A stretch of 63,619 nt of DNA, filler included, from Candidatus Nanoarchaeia archaeon (lineage in GTDB: Archaea > Nanobdellota > Nanobdellia > Woesearchaeales > DATDTY01), in assembly GCA_035290625.1 (NCBI GenBank). It is 6 parts of 6 records of this genome, joined end to end, with 100 filler letters (N's around TTAATTAATTAA, not from the genome) between each part and the next. Parts side by side here need not be neighbours in the genome. Positions count along the whole stretch, not along the records: positions 1 to 30,576 come from DATDTY010000014.1; 5 more parts are not named here. The stretch is one strand, 5' to 3'. Shown piece after piece: positions 9,735 through 19,270 of the stretch. The stretch's first letter is position 1. Each line of letters starts with the position of its first letter. The notes under the pieces are model-generated. The model saw only the letters and a program-made list of their open reading frames with translations, was not told the DNA's origin and searched no databases. The position numbers and the translations under genes were made by a program.

Positions 9735-9858
9735 CGCCCTGGACCAGACTCGAACTGGTGACCTCATGGTTTCAGCCAAACCCCGCAGGGTAAGGGTAAC
9801 AGCCATGCGCTCTTTACAGCTTTTGGACAGCCAAAAGAACCTGCTAAGCTACCAGGGC
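9735..9858 (-). tRNA. tRNA-Asn(GUU) with two introns (D-loop ~24 nt; position 37/38, 26 nt)
   Basis: Acceptor stem GCCCTGG/CCAGGGC; CATGG-CTGTTA[intron]A-CCATG; T-loop GTTCGAGTC. Confidence 0.9.
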
Positions 9859-9996
9859 ATGGCGTTCTAAGAACCATGTCGTTTATTTAAAGATTTCCTA
9901 AACCTGTACCTTTATAAACCCTTCCCGATTTCTCCATTTTCGGAGATGTGGGCGTTGGCTTGCCCGAATCCGATTATTCACGATAATGGAGGCCGG

Positions 9997-10554
9997 ATGG
10001 GAGCATACCAGTACATCAGAGAGGCTTGGAACAGTCAGGAGCAGCTAAAAGAGCGCCTCATGGCATGGCGGAGAGAGCCTGTAACCCTCCGCATCGACTA
10101 TCCTACACGGCTTGACAGAGCCCGATCGTTAGGCTATAAGGCTAAACAGGGGATTATTCTTGTTAGGCAGCGAGTCCTGAGAGGCGGCAGAAAGCGGCCA
10201 AAGGTGCGCGCAGGCAGGCGCTCAAAGCGCATGACGCAAAGAAAAGACTTGAAGCTCAACTTCCAGAGCGTGGCAGAGCGCAGGGCAAATCAGGCATTTG
10301 TGAATTGCGAGGTTCTCAACTCATATTTTGTTGCACAGGATGGAAAGAATATCTGGTATGAAGTGATCCTCATTGACAGGAGCCATCCTGCTATCCTTGC
10401 TGATTCCCGCTTTGCATGGATCAATGCAAAAAGGGGAAGAGCATTCAGGGGACTGACATCTGCCAACAGGAAAAGCAGAGGACTCCGCCATAAAGGCAAG
10501 GGAGCAGAGAAGATGCGGCCAAGCCTGCGAGCGCACGGACGATCAGGCAATTAG
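9997..10554 (+). CDS. rpl15e: 50S ribosomal protein L15e
   Basis: MGAYQYI, PTRLDRARSLGYKAKQG and RGRAFRGLTSA motifs. Confidence 0.97.
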   Translation: MGAYQYIREAWNSQEQLKERLMAWRREPVTLRIDYPTRLDRARSLGYKAKQGIILVRQRVLRGGRKRPKVRAGRRSKRMTQRKDLKLNFQSVAERRANQAFVNCEVLNSYFVAQDGKNIWYEVILIDRSHPAILADSRFAWINAKRGRAFRGLTSANRKSRGLRHKGKGAEKMRPSLRAHGRSGN

Positions 10555-10661
10555 CAATCTTCACCTTCAGCGGACCAGTATTGCTTCTGCATCATTTTGC
10601 CGACGGAGATAACAATCTTTATATACCACGGAGCAAACAGAAATCCGAAAGAGGTGACTAC

Positions 10662-10757
10662 ATGGACAAGCCAATCAGCTATGACACCATCAAAAAAAAT
10701 AAAGCACTGACGGAGTTTCTCGAAGACGAAAAATGCAGGGATACATCGCAGAAGTAA
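10662..10757 (+). CDS. Putative 31-aa small protein
   Basis: GAGGTG Shine-Dalgarno upstream; MDKPISYDTIKKNKALTEFLEDEKCRDTSQK; overlaps the next gene start. Confidence 0.35.
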   Translation: MDKPISYDTIKKNKALTEFLEDEKCRDTSQK

Positions 10758-11503
10758 CAGATCTGAACAAGACGCTCTTCAACAAAGAAAAGGTTCTCAC
10801 GGTCCTATTTTCAGGGTGCAATTTCCGCTGCCCATGGTGCTTTGTCCCGGAACTGCTGGAGTTTAAAGAGCAGAAGGACGTCCAGGGCATCAAGAATGAT
10901 ATCAGGCGCCTCTGCCCAGGAAAGAAGTCCATCATATTCAGTGGCGGCGAGCCGTTGCTGCAGAAGCTGACCCTGAGGGATCTCTGCATATTCTCAAAAA
11001 GCATTGGATTGAAGACCGGGATTGAAACCAACGGAAGCAGGCCTGACGTGCTTGGCTCATTGCTAAAGGAAGATCTCCTTGACTTTATTGCGCTGGATCT
11101 CAAGACCCAGTTTGACGAAGAGCAGTTTGAGCGGGCAACCCAGGCCCAGACATTTTTCATCTCAGGCTACCAGATCATGAATGATATAAGGAAAAGCTTA
11201 AGAATTCTCAAGGATTATGAAGATACCATCGACATTGAGATCCGTACGGTGATCATCCCGGGCATCCTTTTTCGGAAGGAGGACCTGATGGCAATCGCCG
11301 CAGAACTCAGGCACCTGCGTTGCACCTGGCGAATACAGCCGTTTATACCGGGGAAATGTGTTGCAAAGCAGATCGAGCAGATTGAGGCTCCGTCAGATCG
11401 GTTTTTGGAGACCCTCGCAGATGCCTGCCAGTCAAAATACCCGCAACTGAGGATCGAGATAGGAAACCAAAATGAAGAAACTCCCGAAGCTGTTCTCTAC
11501 TGA
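10733..11503 (+). CDS. Radical SAM glycyl-radical activase (anaerobic RNR activating protein-like)
   Basis: GCNFRCPWC, SGGEP and ETNGS motifs. Confidence 0.85.
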   Translation: MQGYIAEVTDLNKTLFNKEKVLTVLFSGCNFRCPWCFVPELLEFKEQKDVQGIKNDIRRLCPGKKSIIFSGGEPLLQKLTLRDLCIFSKSIGLKTGIETNGSRPDVLGSLLKEDLLDFIALDLKTQFDEEQFERATQAQTFFISGYQIMNDIRKSLRILKDYEDTIDIEIRTVIIPGILFRKEDLMAIAAELRHLRCTWRIQPFIPGKCVAKQIEQIEAPSDRFLETLADACQSKYPQLRIEIGNQNEETPEAVLY

Positions 11504-11777
11504 AAAGGGGAATGCCGCAGCAGTTGTCCTGATCGTGATTATCATCATCATTATAGTAGTCTGGATTGTTGTTCTGGTCGGAAGGGAATGCACGAATGAC
11601 AGCGACTGCGGTGAAGGCTATTACTGCGGCTCTGACAACAACTGCCATGAGCACCGGATTATAGAAAAGACCGTTATCCAAAACCAGTATGACCGCGCAG
11701 CCTATATCATTGCATTTGCGCTTATTGTCGGCGCGCTGATTCTCCGGTTCGGAAAAAAGCAGAAAGAGAAAAAGTAA
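11472..11777 (+). CDS. Small membrane protein with a Cys-rich extracellular loop
   Basis: KGNAAA followed by a TM helix; CTNDSDCGEGYYC...C; second TM helix. Confidence 0.75.
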   Translation: MKKLPKLFSTEKGNAAAVVLIVIIIIIIVVWIVVLVGRECTNDSDCGEGYYCGSDNNCHEHRIIEKTVIQNQYDRAAYIIAFALIVGALILRFGKKQKEKK

Positions 11778-11780
11778 ATA

Positions 11781-12434
11781 TCAGAGGACCCTTTTTACTG
11801 CTTGGAGAACCATCTCTGCAATCTCTTCCTCGCGAAGCATCGCTGAATCCCCTGCACAGGTAAGTTTTACCCAGTGAGGCTGCTTCGCCAGCTTAAGGTA
11901 CTCCTTAGCTACGCTTTCCTGATACCTGGCATCCTTCTCATGGACGTCCCCATGGCTAATCTGGCCCCTCGACTTTCTTAGGCTGAAAGATATGCGTACA
12001 GGCACATCAAGGAATACCACAAGATCCTCGTGAGGCATCTCATGCGTTATGTATTCAAGCTTAAGCATCCATTCCCGAAACTTCTCTTTTTCCTTGGGAT
12101 CCTCAATCCTGGCGCAGGGATAGGCTATATTGGAGGAGACATACCTATTGATGAGCACAACATCATAGCTATCCAACGCATCCCTGATCTCCTGCCGAGA
12201 TGACAGCCTGTCCAGAGCATAAAGCTCTGCAATGTCATACGGATCTGTCTTCCTAAAATCCCCGAGCTTTCCTTTCAGGTAATCCGCTATCTTCTTTCCA
12301 TATTCTTTATCATACTGGGGGAAATCAAAAGTCGCCACAGAATAGCCCAGGGCAGTGAGGTTCTCCCTTAAGAGACGCATCTGCGTTGCTTTTCCTGAAG
12401 AATCAATCCCCTCAAATGCCACCAGTTTTCCCAT
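11781..12434 (-). CDS. tmk: Thymidylate kinase
   Basis: AFEGIDSSGKATQ P-loop and NRY motif. Confidence 0.9.
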   Translation of the reverse strand: MGKLVAFEGIDSSGKATQMRLLRENLTALGYSVATFDFPQYDKEYGKKIADYLKGKLGDFRKTDPYDIAELYALDRLSSRQEIRDALDSYDVVLINRYVSSNIAYPCARIEDPKEKEKFREWMLKLEYITHEMPHEDLVVFLDVPVRISFSLRKSRGQISHGDVHEKDARYQESVAKEYLKLAKQPHWVKLTCAGDSAMLREEEIAEMVLQAVKRVL

Positions 12435-12478
12435 AAGGCCATGAAACCCTGATGCCTTATTAAGATTTTGGAAAATAA

Positions 12479-12738
12479 GCGCCATTGAAAAGCTATGCAG
12501 CGCCATCCGTGAGCCATTGAAGCAGAAGATAGCACACCGACAAGAGGGTCGGCTCAATCAAAACGCAGTCGGGCGTTTTGGTGTGCCAAAAGAGCGTAGC
12601 TCTTTTTAGCACCATCGGAGAATGTCGCTATTCTTCCTGACTTGCGCATGGCGAACTGCTCCGCAGGAGCGACCAAAAATGCGAAGCATTTTTGAGTACT
12701 GGCGCTGCCGAGCGAAGTGAGAAACTTTTCAATGAGCC
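12479..12738. mobile_element. MITE-like hairpin element, copy 3 (degenerate left end)
   Basis: CATTGAAAAG...CTTTTCAATGAGCC termini; shares the CTGCTCCGCAGGAGCGACCAAAAATGCGAAGCATTTTTG module with copies 1 and 4. Confidence 0.75.
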
Positions 12739-12823
12739 AGACAAATCTTAATTCTTAGGGCGTCAAAGTTATCGTATCCAGAAAATAATAACATATTTAA
12801 AGGAATGCCGGAAAAGAACAGGT

Positions 12824-13690
12824 ATGGACAATCTTCGCCTTATCCTTGCTGCCCAGAGAAACGAGATAACAGAGCACCAGGTATACAAGCGGCTTGCCCA
12901 GAGGGCCAGCAACACAAATAAGAAAGTGCTGGAGGCTATGGCAGCTGACGAGTTGAAGCATTATGGGATACTGAAAGGAGTGAGCAAGAGGGAGATGCAG
13001 CCAAATGCTCTAAAGGTATGGTGGTATGGGCTGCTGGCGCGAACCTTTGGTCTCGCATTTGGCTTGCGATGCATGGAAAGGGGAGAGCAATACGCAGAGA
13101 AAATCTACACGCAGCTTGCAGGCCAGTCACCCAGGTTTATGGTGCTGCTTCGGGATGAGCAGCGCCATGAGAAGGAGCTCCTCAATATGCTCTCTGACCA
13201 GCGTCTTGAGTATGCCAGCTCGGTCGTCCTCGGAATCAACGATGCCTGGGTTGAGCTTACCGGAGCCTTAGCTGGCCTCACACTGGCATTGAGGAACAGC
13301 AAAATGATCGCCATCATCGCGTTTATCACGGGATTGGCAGCTTCGCTGTCCATGGCAGCTTCTGAATATTTGAGGTCAAAAGAGGAGGGCGAGCACGACA
13401 AAGACCGCAACCCCTTGACATCCGCTGCCTACACGGGAACAGCATACGTCTTTACAGTGCTATTGCTGATTTCTCCGTACATCTTCCTCAGGAACGTCTT
13501 TGCTGCCCTGGCAGCAATGCTGAGCATTGGCGTCCTGATCATCGCAGGGTATACATCGTATATTGCCGTGGCAAAGGATATAAAGTTCTGGCGGCGATTT
13601 ACCGAGATGGTTATCATTGCAATGACGGTAACGCTGATCAGCTTCGCCGTAGGATCATTTGTCCGATTCTATTTCGGGATTGAGGCATAG
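12824..13690 (+). CDS. Rubrerythrin/ferritin-like domain fused to a VIT1/CCC1 transporter
   Basis: Two ExxH motifs; VLGINDAWVE and SMAASEY VIT1 motifs. Confidence 0.88.
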   Translation: MDNLRLILAAQRNEITEHQVYKRLAQRASNTNKKVLEAMAADELKHYGILKGVSKREMQPNALKVWWYGLLARTFGLAFGLRCMERGEQYAEKIYTQLAGQSPRFMVLLRDEQRHEKELLNMLSDQRLEYASSVVLGINDAWVELTGALAGLTLALRNSKMIAIIAFITGLAASLSMAASEYLRSKEEGEHDKDRNPLTSAAYTGTAYVFTVLLLISPYIFLRNVFAALAAMLSIGVLIIAGYTSYIAVAKDIKFWRRFTEMVIIAMTVTLISFAVGSFVRFYFGIEA

Positions 13691-13744
13691 CTAGAAAATG
13701 CAACGTTTTGTGGCTTCCCAATACCTACCTTAAGGTAACCATCG

Positions 13745-14614
13745 CTATAATGCGATGTAACTCATCAGCTTATAGACAAGCTTTGCAGCAAGGAAGTCTG
13801 ATGATTTGTCTGATGGATTCGGGCACAGCTCGACAACATCAAAGCCTACCACCTTTTTTTTCTTGATGACGTTCTTGAGGAATTCAAGGGTCTCGTACCA
13901 CTTCAAGCCGCCAGGCTCAGGAGTGCCTGTTGACGGAAGGATGGAAGGGTCAAAGCCATCCAGGTCAATAGTGATGTAGACAGGGCTCTCGAGCTTTGCC
14001 AGCACTTTGCCCATCCAGGCCGGGTCTTTTTGGATATCCTCTGCAAGAAAGCAGCGGCTCCGGTCAATAGAATGGTTTTCCTCAGAACTCACGCTCCGTA
14101 TCCCTACCTGTACAATGGGGCAGATATCCTTCACCCTGGCCATGACGCAGGCATGGTTAAACCGCGATCCCTCATAACGTTCTCTCAAATCTGTATGCGC
14201 ATCGATCTGCAGCACGTTGAGCTTCGGATACTTTTCCTTGTAGGCATAGACTGCCCCTGTAGTGACCGAATGCTCTCCGCCAAGGATAATGACTGCCTTG
14301 CCCTTGCTGAGATGCTTGAGGGTTGTCTGCTTCACTGCCTCAACCATTGCTTCAGGCGCAGATTTCACAATCGGGCGATCCGTAAAGATTCCTTTCCTGC
14401 ATACCTCAGTGTCAGTCTCAATATCATAGAGCTCCATGTTCTGGCTTGCCTCGATAAGGCTCGTCGGCCCCTTATCTGCCCCTTTCACCCAGGTAGAAGT
14501 CTTGTCAAAAGGCACAGGAACAACGACGAACATCGAAGATTCATAACTGCTGTCTTTGGGGCTAAGTCCTGCGAAGCCTGAGAATGCTTCCTTGGGGTCT
14601 GAGATGAGTTTCAT
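13745..14614 (-). CDS. speB: Agmatinase
   Basis: GGEHS, DAHTD and DLDGFDPS...GTPEPGG motifs. Confidence 0.93.
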   Translation of the reverse strand: MKLISDPKEAFSGFAGLSPKDSSYESSMFVVVPVPFDKTSTWVKGADKGPTSLIEASQNMELYDIETDTEVCRKGIFTDRPIVKSAPEAMVEAVKQTTLKHLSKGKAVIILGGEHSVTTGAVYAYKEKYPKLNVLQIDAHTDLRERYEGSRFNHACVMARVKDICPIVQVGIRSVSSEENHSIDRSRCFLAEDIQKDPAWMGKVLAKLESPVYITIDLDGFDPSILPSTGTPEPGGLKWYETLEFLKNVIKKKKVVGFDVVELCPNPSDKSSDFLAAKLVYKLMSYIAL

Positions 14615-14624
14615 TCTGGAAAGG

Positions 14625-15017
14625 TCATTTGGGATATTTATAAGGGTTTCCCCTTTCTGGAATAATGGTTCTAATCCCTCCCGATGGATCCCTTACATCT
14701 CCTTTGTATCTCGGAATAACGTGGATATGCAAGTGAAACACAGTTTGCCCTGCTTCAGGGCCTTCATTATATCCTATGTTATATCCGTCTGGATGGTGTT
14801 GCTGATCGATATGCCCTTTTACCATCACTAATAAATCACGCAGAGCGATAACCTCCTGATCCGTAAGTTCACAAAGAGAATCAACATGCCTTTTTGGGAT
14901 TATTTTCATATGGCCGGGGTTTACAGGATGTGCATCTGAATTTGCAAAGAATAACTCATTTTCCAGCTCACTCCTTGCTTTTTGATACTCTGGATCACAA
15001 TACTTGCAATCAGGCAT
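14625..15017 (-). CDS. HIT family hydrolase
   Basis: CxxC near the N-terminus; AGQTVFHLHIHVIPR. Confidence 0.92.
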   Translation of the reverse strand: MPDCKYCDPEYQKARSELENELFFANSDAHPVNPGHMKIIPKRHVDSLCELTDQEVIALRDLLVMVKGHIDQQHHPDGYNIGYNEGPEAGQTVFHLHIHVIPRYKGDVRDPSGGIRTIIPERGNPYKYPK

Positions 15018-15067
15018 ATGCAATGAGAATATCTTGTTTTTTATATGCTTAACGTTATCCTGTAATC

Positions 15068-15273
15068 GGCTCAGTAGAAAGTCTTGCTCCGCAGTTGCCA
15101 CCAGTCCTCAAAAATGCTTCGCATTTTTGGTCGCTCCTGCGGGGAGCAGCTCGGCTCGTGCAGTTTTCAGCGAGAAGCGGCATATCCCCGTGAGGGGCAT
15201 CCCCCTTGTCGCTGTGCTCTTGGAGACACAAAAGCCTCGCAAATGGGTGGCAACGACGGCTTTCTGCTGAGCT
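15068..15273. mobile_element. MITE-like hairpin element, copy 4
   Basis: Termini GGCTCAGTAGAAAGTC/GGCTTTCTGCTGAGCT; 9-bp duplication CCTGTAATC/CTTGTAATC. Confidence 0.85.
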
Positions 15274-15318
15274 CTTGTAATCAATATTTTTAAATAATGG
15301 ATAGATTCTTTGTCTCCT

Positions 15319-18300
15319 ATGGCAGACTTTATCAAGATTGCAGCCAAATGGCAGAAGAGGTGGGAAGAAGCCAGGATCTTCCAGTCCGAAGAGGACACTA
15401 AGAAAAAGAAATTTTACTGCCTTGAGATGTATCCCTATCCCTCCAATGCCCTGCACATGGGCCATTTGAGGAATTATTCCATCGGAGATGCGATTGCAAG
15501 GTTTAAGCGCATGAACGGGTTTAACGTGCTGTATCCGATGGGCTATGATGCCTTTGGCCTGCCTGCAGAGAATGCAGCCATCAAGCACGGTATAAATCCT
15601 GCTGAGTGGACATGGAACAATATCAATGCTATCAAGGCGCAGCAGAAAGCTATGGGCCTTAGCTACGATTGGGATCGGCAGCTGCAGAGCTGCGACGAAG
15701 GCTACTATAAGTGGAACCAGTGGATCTTCCTTGAGTTTCTGAAAAAAGGGGTAGCATACAGAAAAAAAGCCCCTGTGAACTGGTGCGCAAGCTGCGGCAC
15801 AGTCCTTGCTAATGAGCAGGTCATTGACGGAAAATGCTGGCGGTGCTCAAACACAATCACTGAAAAAAATCTGGAACAGTGGTTTTTCAGGATTACGGAT
15901 TATGCTGAAGAGCTGCTGAAAGATATCGATAAGCTTGAGCATTGGCCTGAGGCAGTCAAGACTATGCAGAGGAACTGGATAGGAAAAAGCTCAGGAGTTG
16001 AGATCGATTTTCGAATCAAGAACCCGGGCCATTATGTGTTTTTGCATGCATACAATAGCTCAGTCAGCAAAGATTTCTGGCCTTGGCTTAAAAAAAGAAT
16101 CGAGGCCCAAGGCGGCACGGTTGACGCAGTTAATCTCCCAGGCGGCGGCGCACCAAAGCTTGAAGCGCATCTGGCCGCCCTTGACAAGGCAACCATAGAC
16201 TCATCAACAACCCTTGTCTGCCACAGCCTTGGCTGCGCAACCGCACTGAAGCTGCTCCAGCAGCGTAAAACCCGAATCAGAAGGCTGGTCTTAATTGCTC
16301 CGCCGCTGCGGCCGCAGTTTTTGGATAAGCCGAGGCCTGCGATAGACCAGTATTGCGATTGGAGCTTTGACTTCGGGCAGATTAAAAGTGCCGCAGAACA
16401 AATTAGTATTGTTGGTGACTTGAATGACCCAATTATCCCTCAGGAGCATCTCATGATCCTGGCCCATAAGCTGGATGCCGATCTTAGATTGGTGGAGGCT
16501 CCTAAACCCCATTTTAATTGCGCGGAAAGCAGAGCCATTCTTCATGCTTCTGCAGTTGCAATTCCTGCATTCACGACAAGGCCTGACACTCTCTTCAGCG
16601 TTACCTTCCTTGTGCTTGCTCCTGAGCATCCTCTTGTGAAGTATATGGTCCATAGAACCGCCTATGATAAGCAGGTTGAGCATTGCCTGCACACCATTTC
16701 CAAGCAAACCAAGCAGGAAAGGACAACAGAATCAGGAAAGGACAAGATTGGGTGCTTTGTTGGAATGCATGCCATCAACCCTGCAACAGGGAAAGAGATC
16801 CCAATCTATATCGCCAACTTTGTACTTGTCGAATATGGAACAGGAGCTGTGATGGCTGATGCCCATGATCAGCGGGACTTTGAGTTTGCAAGGAAATATG
16901 ACATCCCTTTGAAATTTGTAATCTCTCCTGATGGAAAAAATGTTGATGCGGCAAAAGCAGGCAAGGCATTTACCGAGGACGGCATTCTGTTTGATTCAGG
17001 AGCGTTTTCAGGGCTGAGGAACAGGGAAGCGCTGCCGAAAATCGACGATTGGATCGAAAAGAGCGGCCACGGAAAGAGAACCGTGAGTTTCAAGCTGCGC
17101 GACTGGCTGATATCCAGGCAGAGGTACTGGGGGACTCCAATCCCTGTTGTATACTGCAAGAAGTGCGGCATAGTCCCTGTTCCTGAAAAGGAACTTCCTG
17201 TCAGACTGCCTGCAGATGTTAAGTTCACTGGAAAAGGAAATCCCCTGGAAACCTCGGAAGGCTTTGTCAATGCGAAATGCCCAAGCTGCAAAGCAAAGGC
17301 AAGAAGAGAAACTGATACCATGGACACCTTTGTTGACTCTTCCTGGTATTTCCTGAGGTACTGCGATCCAAAGAACAGCAGCAAGCCCTTTGGCCCTGCC
17401 CGTGTTCATTATTGGATGCCGATTGACCAGTATATTGGAGGCATCGAGCACGCAGTGCTGCATCTCTTATATGCAAGATTCTTCACAAAGGCTCTCCGGG
17501 ACTTAGGGCTTCATGCAGTTGATGAGCCATTCACACGGCTTCTGACACAAGGCATGGTTATAAAAGATGGGGCGAAGATGTCAAAGTCTTTGGGGAATGT
17601 GGTCAACCCTTCAGAGATTATAGACAGGTTTGGGCCGGACACCGCCAGGCTCTTCATCCTGTTTGCAGCATTGCCTGAAAAGGAACTCGAGTGGTCTGAC
17701 AAGGGCGTTGAGGGCAGCTTCAGATTCCTGAATCGTGTGCTCCGCCTGGCAGAAACTCCGAAGATACGGAAAACGATTACGCAGAAGGATGCTTTTATCG
17801 AGAGCAGGCTCCATCGGGCAATCAAGTCTGTGACTGCTGACATTGAAGAGTACAGGTTTAGCATTGCGATTGGGAAACTGATTGAACTTGTGAATGATAT
17901 CTACCAGTACCGAGAAGGCGCTGTGCATCCCAAAGTGTACGGCACTGTTGTCGAGCACGTGGCCTTGCTGCTTGCGCCCTTTGCTCCGCACACTGCTGAG
18001 GAGTTGTGGGAGAGGCTCAGCAACACGGGTTTTATCTCACTGGCATCCTGGCCAAAGGCTGATCTGAAAAAGATAGACGAGAAGGCCGAACAGCTGGATC
18101 GGTTTGCAAGCCAAACCAGGCAAGATATCAAGGTTGTGGCAGAGCTGCTGAAGGTTCAGGGAGATGCACATATAACCCTCTTTGTTGCAGCAAAATGGAA
18201 ATACCCATGTATGGCTGCATTGAAGAAAAAGCTTGCTGAGACAAGACAGCCTGGAGAATTGATCAAGGCTGCCATGGACAAGCATCATGGAAAGGAGATT

Positions 18301-18519
18301 GCAGCGCTTGTGGCTAAATGTCTCAAAGATCCAACAAAGATTCCTGAAGTTGTCCTTGACCAGAAGCTGGAAGCAGATATCCTGAAGATGAACATTGATA
18401 CCTTGGGTGGAAACCTTAAGGTTTCCTCGATTGAAGTTATTGTTGAAGAGGATTCCAAGGAAGCGAAGGCCTCGCAAGCAATGCCTGGCAAGGTTGCTAT
18501 TTTGATAAAGTCTCAATAG
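15319..18519 (+). CDS. leuS: Leucine--tRNA ligase, bacterial-type core with an inserted alpha/beta hydrolase
   Basis: [43 protein letters not shown] and KMSKS motifs. Confidence 0.95.
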   Translation: MADFIKIAAKWQKRWEEARIFQSEEDTKKKKFYCLEMYPYPSNALHMGHLRNYSIGDAIARFKRMNGFNVLYPMGYDAFGLPAENAAIKHGINPAEWTWNNINAIKAQQKAMGLSYDWDRQLQSCDEGYYKWNQWIFLEFLKKGVAYRKKAPVNWCASCGTVLANEQVIDGKCWRCSNTITEKNLEQWFFRITDYAEELLKDIDKLEHWPEAVKTMQRNWIGKSSGVEIDFRIKNPGHYVFLHAYNSSVSKDFWPWLKKRIEAQGGTVDAVNLPGGGAPKLEAHLAALDKATIDSSTTLVCHSLGCATALKLLQQRKTRIRRLVLIAPPLRPQFLDKPRPAIDQYCDWSFDFGQIKSAAEQISIVGDLNDPIIPQEHLMILAHKLDADLRLVEAPKPHFNCAESRAILHASAVAIPAFTTRPDTLFSVTFLVLAPEHPLVKYMVHRTAYDKQVEHCLHTISKQTKQERTTESGKDKIGCFVGMHAINPATGKEIPIYIANFVLVEYGTGAVMADAHDQRDFEFARKYDIPLKFVISPDGKNVDAAKAGKAFTEDGILFDSGAFSGLRNREALPKIDDWIEKSGHGKRTVSFKLRDWLISRQRYWGTPIPVVYCKKCGIVPVPEKELPVRLPADVKFTGKGNPLETSEGFVNAKCPSCKAKARRETDTMDTFVDSSWYFLRYCDPKNSSKPFGPARVHYWMPIDQYIGGIEHAVLHLLYARFFTKALRDLGLHAVDEPFTRLLTQGMVIKDGAKMSKSLGNVVNPSEIIDRFGPDTARLFILFAALPEKELEWSDKGVEGSFRFLNRVLRLAETPKIRKTITQKDAFIESRLHRAIKSVTADIEEYRFSIAIGKLIELVNDIYQYREGAVHPKVYGTVVEHVALLLAPFAPHTAEELWERLSNTGFISLASWPKADLKKIDEKAEQLDRFASQTRQDIKVVAELLKVQGDAHITLFVAAKWKYPCMAALKKKLAETRQPGELIKAAMDKHHGKEIAALVAKCLKDPTKIPEVVLDQKLEADILKMNIDTLGGNLKVSSIEVIVEEDSKEAKASQAMPGKVAILIKSQ

Positions 18520-18532
18520 AGCTTGGAAGAAG

Positions 18533-18807
18533 CGGCAAGCATGCCTGAAGATTGACTAAGCCAAGAATGCCTGGCTTCTCCTGGATTGTCCTTGGTTCCG
18601 CAACCCTCTGAGCACCAACGGTAAAGCTTAAGGCTGCTTCATTCCTGACCTGACCTGATTCACCAAACCATCAGTCCCAAAGGACAGAACCTCATTGTTC
18701 AGCCCAGGACCAAAGCATTCCTGAACATAACCTTTCTCCAGGCTTCAGCTCCGCCTCAAGTCCGTTGACGGTGACAGCGGAGGACTAACCCGCCAGCCTA
18801 GCTTGCC
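18533..18807 (-). ncRNA. ffs: Archaeal SRP (7S) RNA
   Basis: Ends pair (GGCAAGC/GCTTGCC); helix-8-like TCAGGTCAGGAATGAAGCAGC; TATA-like TTTAAAAA about 25 nt upstream on the minus strand. Confidence 0.85.
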
Positions 18808-18851
18808 AGTGCGCATAAATCCAACCTGCTTTTTAAACGTTTGCTCAACCC

Positions 18852-19000
18852 GGTGGCATTGAAAAGTCATGCAACCGAGCAAAGCGAGGTGCACAAAAAA
18901 TCTTTGATTTTTTAGTGCAGCGCCCTCTTGTGAGCCATTATAAAGGGGCAGTGAGAGATTCTATAGGCTGCTCTGCGTTGGTGATAATCATTTGATAGTG
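18852..19000. mobile_element. MITE-like hairpin element, copy 5 (degenerate; right end uncertain)
   Basis: GGTGGCATTGAAAAGTCATGCA...CTTGTGAGCC matches the end of copy 9, with an extra hairpin inserted. Confidence 0.6.
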
Positions 19001-19010
19001 ACAACAAAAC

Positions 19011-19024
19011 GAAAGGTTTAAATA
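19011..19024 (+). promoter_or_regulatory. BRE/TATA promoter for the leader ORF
   Basis: GAAAGG-TTTAAATA located 24 nt upstream of ATG 19048. Confidence 0.6.
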
Positions 19025-19047
19025 GTTGCTCAATGTTGCCACCTGAT

Positions 19048-19134
19048 ATGATAACAGAATCAGTTAGCCAGTATGAAAAGAGCAAGCAGGATTTTTCTAG
19101 TTTTACGTCTACAGGTTCTCATCATCATTTGTAA
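19048..19134 (+). CDS. Putative leader or precursor peptide (28 aa, ends HHHL)
   Basis: MITESVSQYEKSKQDFSSFTSTGSHHHL, positioned as a leaderless start relative to the TATA box. Confidence 0.45.
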   Translation: MITESVSQYEKSKQDFSSFTSTGSHHHL

Positions 19135-19270
19135 GTCTGGCTTATTTTCCAGACTGTGAATTTCTTTTAGATTAATCATAGCCCTGGTTTCTAGGTTCAG
19201 ACTGTCATCATCTCAAATTAATCTATGCTCTAACATAAAATGGCTTGCATCCAAAACTGCAGGAGAGAAA

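Noticed and set aside
16021..16550. Intein in LeuRS
   Set aside because: No C/S start, HN end or homing endonuclease motifs; the insert has alpha/beta hydrolase motifs.
18533..18807. RNase P RNA
   Set aside because: It lacks the GAGGAAAGUCC-type motif; the helix-8 motif indicates SRP RNA.
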